From: Pseudomonadota bacterium
GTDB lineage: Bacteria > Myxococcota > JACRCW01 > JAFGSX01
DNA: 64,000 nt
Direction of reading: 5' to 3'
NCBI GenBank assembly: GCA_043821645.1
Contig: JBDRCO010000072.1
Coordinates: 64,001 to 128,000 of the forward strand
Below the pieces are notes generated by a model. The model did not search any database. It was not told the origin of the DNA and saw only the letters and a list, made by a program, of their open reading frames with translations. This document shows, piece after piece, positions 47,701-56,000 of this stretch (the stretch's first letter is position 1; the number at the start of each line of letters is the position of its first letter). The translations under genes were made by a program, and so were the position numbers.

Positions 47701-48967
47701 GGGGGCCTTTGACCCGTCGAACTGGAGTCTGGATGCCTTCCCCGAATCGCTCCCAGCAGCATCGGTGGCAGCCCCTGCACCGATCGAGGACAAATTCGCC
47801 GAGCCTGCCGGCGCGATGCCGGGCCCGGAGGATCAGGACTTCGAATCCATCGTCGACTTCTCGGAGTCAGACTTTCCGAGCGAGGCCCAGAGTCAGGACG
47901 CCGTGCTGGGAGAGGAGGATGAGGACGTCGATTCCATCATCGATTTCAAGGAATCGGACTCCCCGCGCGAGGTCCAGGGTCCGGAGACCGCGCCGGGACC
48001 GGAAGCGGACGAGTTCGTGTCCATCCTTGACTTCTCGGAGTCGGACTCCCCGCGCGAGGCCCAGAGTCCGGAGCCCAGTGCTCCCGTCGCTGACGCTCCA
48101 GCCTCCGATGGTCCGATGCCGGCGACGATCGGCCGCGTGGAAGGTGAACCGAACGCGGCTTCCGTCTCCGATGATGAAGAAGCCTCGGACCTGGACCTGG
48201 GCGAGGATCTGCCAAACTCCGAGCCCATCTCGCTGCTACCTCCACCACCCAACTTCTCCTCGGCCTCCGCCCTGCTCTCCGCACTGGACCAGGGAGAGGA
48301 TCTCCCCGACCTCGAGCAGCCAGACGCCTGGATAGATGCACCGGCGGCACCGATCGCGCGGGACCCGTCCGAGGCCTCCCTGGCCCGGTTCCACGACGAC
48401 GCCGACCCGAGCGATGCGCTCGACCTCCCATTTGACGCGGAGCAGGCACCCTCGCCCGCTCCCAGTGCCACGACAGTCCTGGATGAGCCGCCATCCTCCA
48501 GCCACCCGATCGAGGATCTGAGCTCGGCCCTCGACGTGGCTTTCCCGGACCTCACCCTCGATCCCCCGACGGAAGACAGCGTGCCACCGTCTCTCCCGGC
48601 AGCTGGGAGTCGGCTGCCAGAGGTCGCCCTGGACGCGCTCGGGGATGACATCGACGCGGTCGCGACGGAATTTCAGCTCGACCCACCGGCGAGCGAGCCC
48701 GCGATGACCCTGTCTGGATCTGACGTCGCGGTGCTACCCGAACTCCAGCTCGAGGGCCCGGAGCTGGCAGACGAATCCTTGACGGCCTCAGCGTCAGGGC
48801 CAGCCACCGAGAAGACGACGACACATCCGGTCCTGGCACCCGATGTGGAGGCTCTGCTCGACAATATCGATGCCGCCAAGATGCCCGCGGTCCTCAAGCT
48901 GCTGCTGGAAAAGGGTCTGCTCTCCCTCGAGGACATCGAGGCGACCCTGGGCAAGAAGAAGGACTGA
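44729..48967 (+). CDS. Large MshEN/T2SSE_N protein with a roughly 1200-aa acidic Pro-rich disordered region
   Basis: RLGDYLIEAGIIDQFQLQSALGHQ-RQWGG-KLGRIL and IAMSDPTN. C-terminal LLLEKGLLSLEDI. Confidence 0.85.
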   Translation: MAQRKRLGDYLIEAGIIDQFQLQSALGHQRQWGGKLGRILVENRFVKEDVMVRALSELLRIDAVELSLMTIHARVIELVPVDMAERFGLIPVALKREKAGEFVYIAMSDPTNLEAVDAIQFKTGKKVRSMIAGDSAIDRAIRHYYYGETPRETASTPAGQVQFSGREIALSPTHTPPTQAAVQAPAAAGHPALVVPPPATSQGAMPTPPVHPFAGQPQPALALPDDDDDIPLITGTPAGPATADDWFLPGAPAPAQALATAVSAPPVPATPAVPPALPVGPAPQQQAPVILDARELTAVNPPEAPLPNAASVLSPSQVPPPTPVSASSSLFGPAGGLLGGEDAGPGLSAPRQDVAFGTLELPTPGAGTAATRPPAARTPPVQPATAGPAPAGLGHVEPPDAAGTPAVLDSNLLQPIKEPAVANAVLGEMEFAAPESPPSASTAPGLEPGVIPDRFPASAPLPEHLLAASGMASFDLGPGDDDPLELDLPGTPVATPGPATSTLTVAPNYEVDLGPESAAIPLDEATSPAPHSRSPVSDDGSAAAMPGAVLAASGLADFELDEDGSSIELDFDTPTPDDAQSATPADPLASMLPVQHASDEPLESRTEPESPGVDDSLSFVPLAPPQRVSAAAAQAATITPSIPVQENSSAAETEAAVTADPVDVPPPSGRDPSGLELVPPVSTAFSFEDLDRPPADAVPLGTGPDLEVVQAEEIKRLDAPSHSPQLETIPAQADDSPDASLREKTETPAAVEDPPLPDLPMEVFSDVVDVDAPPVLVTPARLADPAVETPAPPLPERTTAPEVEGAQAPRRPLPPDPVAEASLVALEDGASDDLSDLDFSLDIEDPPPPLAARVPKELQATEEPAVHEGAASSEQAPPLELSPTTPALMTGGSPDIEPGQGVSDDLLIPEVPAQDLAEDTEDSTVTDGDEHATMHDPASDTQAPQEQSPMSGLERTIEDAAPQDTEPASPGVSAPPSALTPVDTQTMDLAQGAFDPSNWSLDAFPESLPAASVAAPAPIEDKFAEPAGAMPGPEDQDFESIVDFSESDFPSEAQSQDAVLGEEDEDVDSIIDFKESDSPREVQGPETAPGPEADEFVSILDFSESDSPREAQSPEPSAPVADAPASDGPMPATIGRVEGEPNAASVSDDEEASDLDLGEDLPNSEPISLLPPPPNFSSASALLSALDQGEDLPDLEQPDAWIDAPAAPIARDPSEASLARFHDDADPSDALDLPFDAEQAPSPAPSATTVLDEPPSSSHPIEDLSSALDVAFPDLTLDPPTEDSVPPSLPAAGSRLPEVALDALGDDIDAVATEFQLDPPASEPAMTLSGSDVAVLPELQLEGPELADESLTASASGPATEKTTTHPVLAPDVEALLDNIDAAKMPAVLKLLLEKGLLSLEDIEATLGKKKD
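47821..48072 (+). repeat. Three imperfect 87-bp (29-aa) tandem repeats inside the large MshEN gene
   Basis: Units start at 47821, 47908 and 47995. Peptide cores SIVDFSESD, SIIDFKESD and SILDFSESD. Confidence 0.85.
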
Positions 48968-49001
48968 TCCCCCACGCGGCACCATCGTCGGGACGCTCGG
49001 C

Positions 49002-49370
49002 TCAGTCTTCTCCGCGCGCTGCCACGATGGTGTCAATGAGCTGTCGGCTCTCGTCGTCGAGGCTGAGGAACTCGATACCCATGCCTGGCACCTGATCGGC
49101 ACTCGCCTGGGCGCTGGCCCACACGACGCGACCGATGCCCTCGATGAGAGGCATCCCATCTGCCAGGGCAAAGCGCAGGTAGATGGTCGAGCCGATCGCA
49201 TGCGGCGAATCGGTGCGCAGGAACAGTCCCCCGGCCGACAGGTCGGTCGCGATCTCTTCCATGAAGGCTTCGAGGGTCTCGAAGCGGTGCTGAACCAGGA
49301 GGTTGAGCGGGACGCGACGGTGGCGACGCCGGTCCTTCGGATCAGACGATGCCCCATGCGGCTTTGCCAT
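49002..49370 (-). CDS. Single-domain PilZ protein (TIGR02266-like)
   Basis: ATG 49370 with GGGAGG RBS. RRRHRR (RxxxR), DLSAGGLF (DxSxxG), GRVVW and PGMGIEF. Confidence 0.9.
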   Translation of the reverse strand: MAKPHGASSDPKDRRRHRRVPLNLLVQHRFETLEAFMEEIATDLSAGGLFLRTDSPHAIGSTIYLRFALADGMPLIEGIGRVVWASAQASADQVPGMGIEFLSLDDESRQLIDTIVAARGED

Positions 49371-49402
49371 CCCTGACCTCCCTGTGCCTGGCGTGCTGCA
49401 TG

Positions 49403-49431
49403 AGTCTAGCGCGAATTCAGTTCGGGTAAAA
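49403..49431 (-). promoter_or_regulatory. Putative sigma70 promoter of the PilZ gene
   Basis: TTTTAC/TTTACC, 16-17 nt spacer, TAGACT, with a T-rich tract upstream. Confidence 0.4.
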
Positions 49432-49461
49432 AAGAAGACGCTCGCGCGCCAGGTGCCGGGC

Positions 49462-50526
49462 TCAGGGCTGCAGGGCCGCACGCTGGGCTGCCACCTCCGG
49501 GTCATCGGGAAGCCGGGCATCGAGCTCAAGCAGCCGGTAGCGGTAGCGGGTCTTGCCACGCTGTCTCTCGAGCCAGGCGGCAGTCTCCGCCTGCTCTGCG
49601 CGCGCCTGTGCATCCTCGGGCCTGCGCACGAGTCTCTGCACCGCCAGCTCCCGGCGCTCCCGCGCGTCCTCGGTGACGGCCCCGCCACGCCAGGTGGCGT
49701 CACCCCGAACAGCCCACACCTCGAACTGGACGAGGTAGTGACCTTGCTGGCCGGCGGCCACCACGGGCACGCTGCTGCCGTCCCTCTCCGGGTGCTGGCC
49801 AGGCCGGGCCTCCTCGCGAGGCAGAAAAGAAACCAGCCCACGCTGGGCGACCAGCACCACCGACACCTGTGGCAACCCCTGCGCCAGCCTGGCCGCGGCG
49901 TCGGAGGACATGCGTGCCACCAGCACCACATGATCACCGGGCCGGGCCACCTTCGCCAGCACCCCGCGCAGCGCAGGCAGGGCGGGTGTCGGGTCCAGGC
50001 CCGTCGCGGGTGGCCAGTTGGCCGGATCCAGCGCACTGACGACGACGATACGCTGCCCACCGAGCTGCCGCACCACGTGGCTCTGGTAGGCCGGTCGGCG
50101 ATCCGCGACCCGCACCAGGTTGCTGGCCACCACGGGGAGCTTGTACGCGCGCACCAGCTCGTCGAAGCGCGCAAGCCCCAGGCCGAGGTCACCCGGCCCG
50201 GGTACCAGCGCATCCAGCTCAGCCCTGTGGAGAGCACTTGCGATCACACGTGCCCGCGCCAGCGCAAGGACGCCATTGTCCCCTGGCGACGCCGCCTCGT
50301 CGAAGAAGCTGTTACCACCCTCGATGTGGAGCACGGGTCCGCGCTCCCGCAGTGCCCGGATCGTTCCCACCTGCCTGGCCAGACCGCCAAGCGGACCACT
50401 GGGTCAGCCACAGGGGTCGAGGGCCCCCTCCCGGTCGTGGGCATAAAGCACCGTGAAGCTCACGGGCTCGTCGTCGAGGTTGGCGGCGCAGAGCAGGACA
50501 GACGCCACCACGGCCAGGGCGTGCAT
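49462..50526 (-). CDS. UshA/5'-nucleotidase-like selenoprotein (CGU motif; in-frame TGA read as Sec41)
   Basis: ORFs 50404..50667 and 49462..50370 share one frame and join as ...GALDPCG-TGA-PSGPLGGLARQ. Signal peptide. SECIS follows the TGA. Confidence 0.85.
50373..50392 (-). promoter_or_regulatory. Bacterial SECIS element
   Basis: 11 nt after the UGA comes a GCUUGGC/GCCAGGC stem with a GGUCUG loop. G23-U24 sit in the same register as in the E. coli fdhF SECIS. Confidence 0.8.
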
Positions 50527-50533
50527 GCTTCGC

Positions 50534-51835
50534 TCAGCCCGTGATCTCGGCGTTGCCTGGGCGGATGGCCTGCGGCCCGAAGGGGCAGCGTTGGAGCCGG
50601 ATGTGCTCCTCGAACTCGTGCCGGAACTTCTTGACGAAGGCTCGGGCCGGGATCGCGGCCGCGTCACCCAGCGGGCAGATGGTGTTGCCGAGGATGTTGG
50701 CGGCGACCTCGTCGAACAGCGTGATGTCCTCGCTGCTTCCGTGGCCCTGCTCGACCCGGGTCGCCATCTTGGCGATCCAGTGCGTGCCCTCGCGGCAGGG
50801 CGTGCACTGCCCGCAGGACTCGTGGGCGTAGAAGCGCATCAGCCGGGCGGTCAGGCGCACCGTGCAGGTACTCTCGTCGAGGACCGCGGCACAGCCTGTG
50901 CCCAGCATGGTGCCCGCCTTCGACATGGCATCAAAAGTGAGAGGCACATCGATCTCGTCTGGAAGCAGCACCGGTGTCGACGAACCGCCGGGGATCACAC
51001 CCTTGAGCGCCTTGCCATCGCGCAGACCCCCGCCATGCTCGAAGATCAGTTCCTTGAGCGAGATGCCCTGGGGGAGTTCCCACAGACCGGGCCTCGCCAC
51101 GTGGCCAGAGGCGCCGTACAGCTTGGTGCCCACACCGCCGTTGACGCCCAGGCTCTTCCAGGCGTCGGCACCACGCTCGAGGATGTGCGGCACCTGGGCC
51201 AGGGTCTCGACGTTATTGACGATGGTGGGCTGGCCAAACACGCCGACCACTGCGGGAAACGGAGGCTTGAGACGCGGCTTGCCCGGTTTCCCTTCGATGG
51301 ACTCGATGAGCGCGGTCTCCTCGCCACAGACGTAAGCGCCTGCACCACGATGCACGAAGACGTCGAGGTCGAAACCTTTACCCAGGATGTTCTTGCCCAG
51401 ATAGTGCGCGTCCACGGCCTCGGCGATGGCCTGCTCCAGGCGTCGGGCGATGGCGTGAAACTCGCCGCGAATATAGATGTAGGCCGTATGGGCGCCGATG
51501 GCATGGCAGGCGATCGCGATGCCCTCGAGCATCATGTGGGGATCGCGGTCCATGATGTAACGATCTTTGTATGTGCCCGGCTCACCCTCGTCAGCGTTGA
51601 TGCACAGGTAGCGGGGACCGGGCTTGTCCTTGGGCACGAAGCTCCACTTCATGCCCGTCGAGAAGCCGGCGCCGCCCATGCCGCGCAGTCCTGACTTCTT
51701 GACCTCCTCGATGAGGTCGCCCGGAGCCATGGCCAGGGCCTTTGCCAGCGACGTGTAGCCGCCACCCTGCAGGTAGGTCTTGAGCGTGTGGCTCTCGGGC
51801 TTGCCCCAGTTGCGCGACAGCAGTCGCTCGCCCAT
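50534..51835 (-). CDS. nuoF: NADH-quinone oxidoreductase subunit F
   Basis: SGLRGMGGAGF, NADEGEPGTYKD, GAYVCGEETAL and CGQCTPCREG...TIC. GAGGT RBS before ATG 51835. Confidence 0.96.
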   Translation of the reverse strand: MGERLLSRNWGKPESHTLKTYLQGGGYTSLAKALAMAPGDLIEEVKKSGLRGMGGAGFSTGMKWSFVPKDKPGPRYLCINADEGEPGTYKDRYIMDRDPHMMLEGIAIACHAIGAHTAYIYIRGEFHAIARRLEQAIAEAVDAHYLGKNILGKGFDLDVFVHRGAGAYVCGEETALIESIEGKPGKPRLKPPFPAVVGVFGQPTIVNNVETLAQVPHILERGADAWKSLGVNGGVGTKLYGASGHVARPGLWELPQGISLKELIFEHGGGLRDGKALKGVIPGGSSTPVLLPDEIDVPLTFDAMSKAGTMLGTGCAAVLDESTCTVRLTARLMRFYAHESCGQCTPCREGTHWIAKMATRVEQGHGSSEDITLFDEVAANILGNTICPLGDAAAIPARAFVKKFRHEFEEHIRLQRCPFGPQAIRPGNAEITG

Positions 51836-51877
51836 TGCGTACCTCGTCATCGCGGCTGTCGGTTCGCCCGGTCCGCG

Positions 51878-52345
51878 TCAGTCGGCGGCCCGCAGCACCG
51901 CCGCCACCTTCTCAGGGGTCATGTTCTCGTGAAAATCGCCGTCCACCTGCAGGGCAGGCGCCGTGCCACAGGAGCCCAGGCACTCGACCTCGTGAACGGT
52001 GAAACGGCCGTCGGCGGTGGTCTCTCCCGGCTTGACGCCGAGTTCGTGGCACACGCTGTCGAGCAGTTCCTGACCGCCGGTGAGGTGGCAGGACAGGTTG
52101 GTGCAGATCTCGACCAGGTGCTTTCCGACGGGGTGCTTGTGGTACATGGTGTACCAGGTCGCCACCTCGCGCACCCGGATCTCGTCGAGCTCGAGCAGCG
52201 CCGCCACCTCGCGCACGCCCTCGTCGTCGACCAGCTCGCGCTCACGCTGCACCACGTAAAGCGCGGGCAGGGTGGCTGCCGCCCGATCCGGGTAGCGTGT
52301 CTTGAGGGATGCGATCTCCTTCTTGGATGCCTCGCTCAGAGCCAT
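51878..52345 (-). CDS. nuoE: NADH-quinone oxidoreductase subunit E
   Basis: 2Fe-2S ligands CTNLSC and ECLGSC, plus VATWYTMY. Confidence 0.95.
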   Translation of the reverse strand: MALSEASKKEIASLKTRYPDRAAATLPALYVVQRERELVDDEGVREVAALLELDEIRVREVATWYTMYHKHPVGKHLVEICTNLSCHLTGGQELLDSVCHELGVKPGETTADGRFTVHEVECLGSCGTAPALQVDGDFHENMTPEKVAAVLRAAD

Positions 52346-52483
52346 GCCGCGTACCTCGTTGGTTCATCGCTGGGGACGTCCTGCGTCCCCGCTGGCGCCC
52401 GACCCACAGCCGCCGACGCCTTCACCCTGGTCGCACGTTCCCGCGATGGGATCTGCGTGCCGCAGTGCACCATGGGCGAAGCG

Positions 52484-52512
52484 ACCGTAGGAGAGGGCAG
52501 GTCACAAGTCAA
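52484..52512 (-). promoter_or_regulatory. Putative sigma70 promoter of the nuoE-nuoF-selenoprotein unit
   Basis: TTGACT-N17-TACGGT. The roughly 130-nt leader contains a 7-bp hairpin at 52372..52390. Confidence 0.55.
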
Positions 52513-52601
52513 GGTGAGCCTGCGTCGTCACTGCCTTTCCTGGGCAGCCCAACGAAGCTCGCGCTCGGACCTGGAACGGAGGGCAGGAAAGGGGACGCGC
52601 C

Positions 52602-53684
52602 TCAGCCGCGACAGTTGTCGATGATAGTGCTGCCATCGGTGAAGACCTCGAGATCGCAGGTCTCGGCACTGCCCCCGACGACGTAGGTGGTGATGGTGCC
52701 CGTGGCATGGCCGCCGAGGTCGTAGTGCAGCTCGCCCTCTTGCTCCTTGGGCTGGGCCGTGAGCTCGTCGTCGAACACCCAGGTCTCGCGGTAGGCTCCA
52801 CTGTATTCGATATCCTGATGCACGGTCAGGGTCGAGCCATCGGCGTAGTTCTGCGTGTAGTCGCCCTGCCCCGTGCCCGCAGGCGAGAAATCGTACTGGC
52901 CCTGGTAGTCCGGAAAGACCTCGGTGCCCAGGTCATCGTACCGGAACTCGTACCTCAAGCTGCCGTCGGGAAGCGCTGTCAGCTTCTCGCGCACACCCCA
53001 GCCGTCGGTGGTGCTGTCTATGGTCTGCTGGATGGTGCCATCGTGCTGCTCGACCTGGACCAGGGTCCAGTCCGGACTGATCTCGGTGCCCAGGTCATCG
53101 TAGCTCACGCTGCCATTGAAGCGCCCCTCGTCGTCGCTCAGGCCCTCGACCACGAACACGTGGTCCGGGTAGGCGTACACTTCGCGCAGTTCGGTCAGAC
53201 CGTTGGCCAGCTCTCGGTACTCGCCCTCGAAGCCGCCGCCCTGGCTCGAGCTGCCGGTGTAGACGGTGGCGCCGGGCTCCACGGGATCTGGTCGGAAGTT
53301 GAACTCCCAGGTGACCTCACTACCGTTGCGAAGCTGGTACACGGTGCTGTAGTGACCGCTGCCGTCGCCGTTATCCACGCCCTGGGTCAGGACCCTGGCC
53401 ACCTCGCCGCCCTCGGCGCAGGAATACGCCACCTCGAAGGCTCCCGTGGCATCGGTGTAGTGCTCGTAATCGGTGCTCCACTCCTGGCAGCTATCGGACT
53501 GGGCCTCACCCTCGGCGAGAGCCTTGGCCTCGATGGACGGGATGCCCCGGGCTCCGGTTTCATTCGGGGGGGTCAGGTGTGGCACCACGGTGCCAAAGGC
53601 GTGAACCGCAGGCACACCCACGTCACAGCCGCCTGCGGCGACCGCCACCCATGCCAGCACAACCGTCACAGACGCAATGCGCAT
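52602..53684 (-). CDS. Acidic beta-rich lipoprotein of unknown function
   Basis: Lipobox AGGC. Internal repeats YDDLGTEISPDW and YDDLGTEVFPDY. Confidence 0.75.
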   Translation of the reverse strand: MRIASVTVVLAWVAVAAGGCDVGVPAVHAFGTVVPHLTPPNETGARGIPSIEAKALAEGEAQSDSCQEWSTDYEHYTDATGAFEVAYSCAEGGEVARVLTQGVDNGDGSGHYSTVYQLRNGSEVTWEFNFRPDPVEPGATVYTGSSSQGGGFEGEYRELANGLTELREVYAYPDHVFVVEGLSDDEGRFNGSVSYDDLGTEISPDWTLVQVEQHDGTIQQTIDSTTDGWGVREKLTALPDGSLRYEFRYDDLGTEVFPDYQGQYDFSPAGTGQGDYTQNYADGSTLTVHQDIEYSGAYRETWVFDDELTAQPKEQEGELHYDLGGHATGTITTYVVGGSAETCDLEVFTDGSTIIDNCRG

Positions 53685-53722
53685 GTCCCGTCCGTCGCGA
53701 ACACCTCGACGCGGTACATGGA

Positions 53723-53738
53723 TGCGAAACCCGGGCCA
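53723..53738 (-). promoter_or_regulatory. Sigma54 (-24/-12) promoter of the lipoprotein gene
   Basis: TGGCCCG-GGTT-TCGCA against consensus TGGCACG-N4-TTGCW, with exact GG-N10-GC spacing. Confidence 0.65.
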
Positions 53739-53919
53739 TCGGGATCAGGTCCGAAGGCGCAGAAGATCCGGGCAGATCGAGAGGTGATCCGGATTTCGCC
53801 CATGATAAATGCGGCCGATTTCATCCAGAGTGGCTGATATGCTCCAGCAGCCTGGTGGATCCGAACCTCCCGCTCCTGCCCCGACAAGCGCGGATCAGGT
53901 GCGGCGCGGCTCTGCCGGG

Positions 53920-53935
53920 CGGAACATGGCTTGCT
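53920..53935 (+). promoter_or_regulatory. Possible sigma54 promoter of the TonB receptor operon
   Basis: CGGAACA-TGGC-TTGCT, GG-N10-GC spacing. Confidence 0.45.
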
Positions 53936-53960
53936 TCGCACGGAGGCGATGACGGATCGC

Positions 53961-56000
53961 ATGCCAACCCTGTCCTGCATCCCACGCAGCCGCGGCCTCG
54001 CCCGCGCCGCAACCCGTGTCGGGCTGGTGCTGGCCTGCGCGGTGTTCGGGGCGCCCGCCGTGGCGCAGGAGGCCGATCTGTTCGGGCTCGGCGAGGACGA
54101 GGGCGACGACGTGGCCAGTGTCCCCATGGTCATCGGTTTGCGCCCCGCCAGCGCCACCGTGCTCACCGGCGAGGATCTGCTGCGCCAGGGCTACCGCACC
54201 CTGGGCGATGCCCTGGCCGATGTGGTGGGCATCGACCTGCAGCGCACCACCCAGGAAAGGCGCTACGGCCTGCGCGGTATCCCCGACGGCATCCTGCTGG
54301 TCATCGACGGAGTGCCGACCCTGGTCGATGGCGAGCGCGACGTGCTCGACGTGGACGAGGGCCTGGATCTCAACGATGTGGAGCGGGTCGAGGTGATCCG
54401 CGGCCCGTCCTCGGCGGTCCACGGCGTGGCCTCGCTCTCCGGTGTGGTGCAGGTGACCACGCGTCGCCCCGGGCTGACCAGTGCACGGCTCCGCCTGGGC
54501 ACCACCCACCTGGGCGAGCGCGAGGTCAGCGCCGACGGCACGGTGCGCTATGACGTGGCCGCCCTGCGCGCGTCGGTGCTCCACCGCGAAGGGCCCAATG
54601 GTGTGTGGCGCCTGGAGAACGTCCCCACACGCTTCATCCGGGTGGGGCGCGCGGTGGTTCCCTCGACCAAGGAGAACACCGAGATCATTCCCCAGGACGA
54701 CAGCACCACCCACCTCCGGCTGACCGGCAGCATTGGAGCACTGCAGCTCGACGGGCGTTTCAGCCGCAGCGACGTGCACACTCCCATCTCCAGCTTCAGC
54801 CATGGCCTGCTGTCGACGGGCCCCCAGCAGCGGCAGCTGCGCGAACGCCAGCGCATGCAGCTGAGCTGGAACCGCCACCTGGGCCCACTGTTCGTCGAGA
54901 CCTCCGCCTACGGCGCGCGCAACCTGCGCACGGACCTGATCGTGCTGTACCCGTCCCGCGGGCTGTTTCCGACGGGGGGCAGTGTCACCGTCGACAGTGA
55001 GGCCGACACTGCGGGCCTGTTGCTCACCGCGGGCGTGCCTGTGCTGCGCGACCACCGGCTGCTGCTGACCTGCTTCGGCGACCTGACCCGACAGTGGGCC
55101 GTGACCCGCGCGGTGGACCCCGAAGAGGAACGCGTGTACCCGCGACTGGTCGAGTTCGACGAGCTCACCGGCACGGCCACCGCAGCCTTCGAGTACCAGG
55201 GTGACTTCGGAGCGGGCTGGCATCTGACGGCGGGCGCCGCGGTGGAGTGGCGCACCGGCTATGGCGCAGCCCTGGTGCCCCGGGCTTCCCTGAGCTACCT
55301 GCCGCTGTCCTGGCTCGCCCTGCGCGCATCGTACGCCGAGGGCTCGCGCACCCCGGACCGCTACGACCTGGCCTTGCTCACCCAGGCCGTGATCGCTGGC
55401 CGCGCCATCGGCGCCGGTGTCAATCCCGACCTGCAGCCCGAGCACGCGCGCAGCCTCGAGCTGGCGTTGCGTCTGGAGCCGTCGGCTCAGCTTCACGCCG
55501 AGCTTGACCTGTTTGCCTCACGCCACGAGAACGCCATCGAGCCAGAGATCGTGGGTGCGCGCATGGTGCCGCAGAACCTGCCTCCCCGGCTGGTCCTCGG
55601 CGGCGAGCTGTCGACGGAGATCGAGGCCATCCCGACCCTGCTGCACCTGGGTGCGGGTGTGGCTCTGGCACGGACCGTCGATGGACCCGCGCTGGAAAAC
55701 CGCTTGCTGCTGGTGACCGCCACGGCCGAGGTGACACCCCTGACCGGTATCGCGCTGGGTGCGCGCGGCCGCGCCGGCTGGCGAGAGCAGAGCGATGCCG
55801 CATCGGGAACCTCGGGGAACGCCGAGATCTTTGGCTCGTACCGCGCCCTCGACGAGCGGCTGAGCTTCTCGCTGGTGCTGCGCAACGCCATCGATGGGCA
55901 GGACGATTCCCCGGACGTCGCCGTGCTCACCGGGACCTCTGACGTGGCCATCCCCAGCCGCGGCCGCGTGCTGTTCGTCGCCATCGAGGGCCGCCTGTGA
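53961..56000 (+). CDS. TonB-dependent outer-membrane receptor
   Basis: Plug motifs (LRG, LVIDGVP, VERVEVIRGPSSAVHG), NPDLQPE, RNAID and C-terminal GRVLFVAIEGRL. Start 53949 or 53961. Confidence 0.9.
   Translation: MPTLSCIPRSRGLARAATRVGLVLACAVFGAPAVAQEADLFGLGEDEGDDVASVPMVIGLRPASATVLTGEDLLRQGYRTLGDALADVVGIDLQRTTQERRYGLRGIPDGILLVIDGVPTLVDGERDVLDVDEGLDLNDVERVEVIRGPSSAVHGVASLSGVVQVTTRRPGLTSARLRLGTTHLGEREVSADGTVRYDVAALRASVLHREGPNGVWRLENVPTRFIRVGRAVVPSTKENTEIIPQDDSTTHLRLTGSIGALQLDGRFSRSDVHTPISSFSHGLLSTGPQQRQLRERQRMQLSWNRHLGPLFVETSAYGARNLRTDLIVLYPSRGLFPTGGSVTVDSEADTAGLLLTAGVPVLRDHRLLLTCFGDLTRQWAVTRAVDPEEERVYPRLVEFDELTGTATAAFEYQGDFGAGWHLTAGAAVEWRTGYGAALVPRASLSYLPLSWLALRASYAEGSRTPDRYDLALLTQAVIAGRAIGAGVNPDLQPEHARSLELALRLEPSAQLHAELDLFASRHENAIEPEIVGARMVPQNLPPRLVLGGELSTEIEAIPTLLHLGAGVALARTVDGPALENRLLLVTATAEVTPLTGIALGARGRAGWREQSDAASGTSGNAEIFGSYRALDERLSFSLVLRNAIDGQDDSPDVAVLTGTSDVAIPSRGRVLFVAIEGRL

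Noticed and set aside
43900-48967. PilB/GspE secretion ATPases
   Set aside because: Only the N-terminal MshEN/T2SSE_N domain is present; there are no Walker A/B motifs.
49462-50667. Two separate ORFs or a nonsense pseudogene at 50404..50667 and 49462..50370
   Set aside because: They share a frame, the TGA sits in a CxU motif and a correctly spaced SECIS follows, so one selenoprotein fits better.
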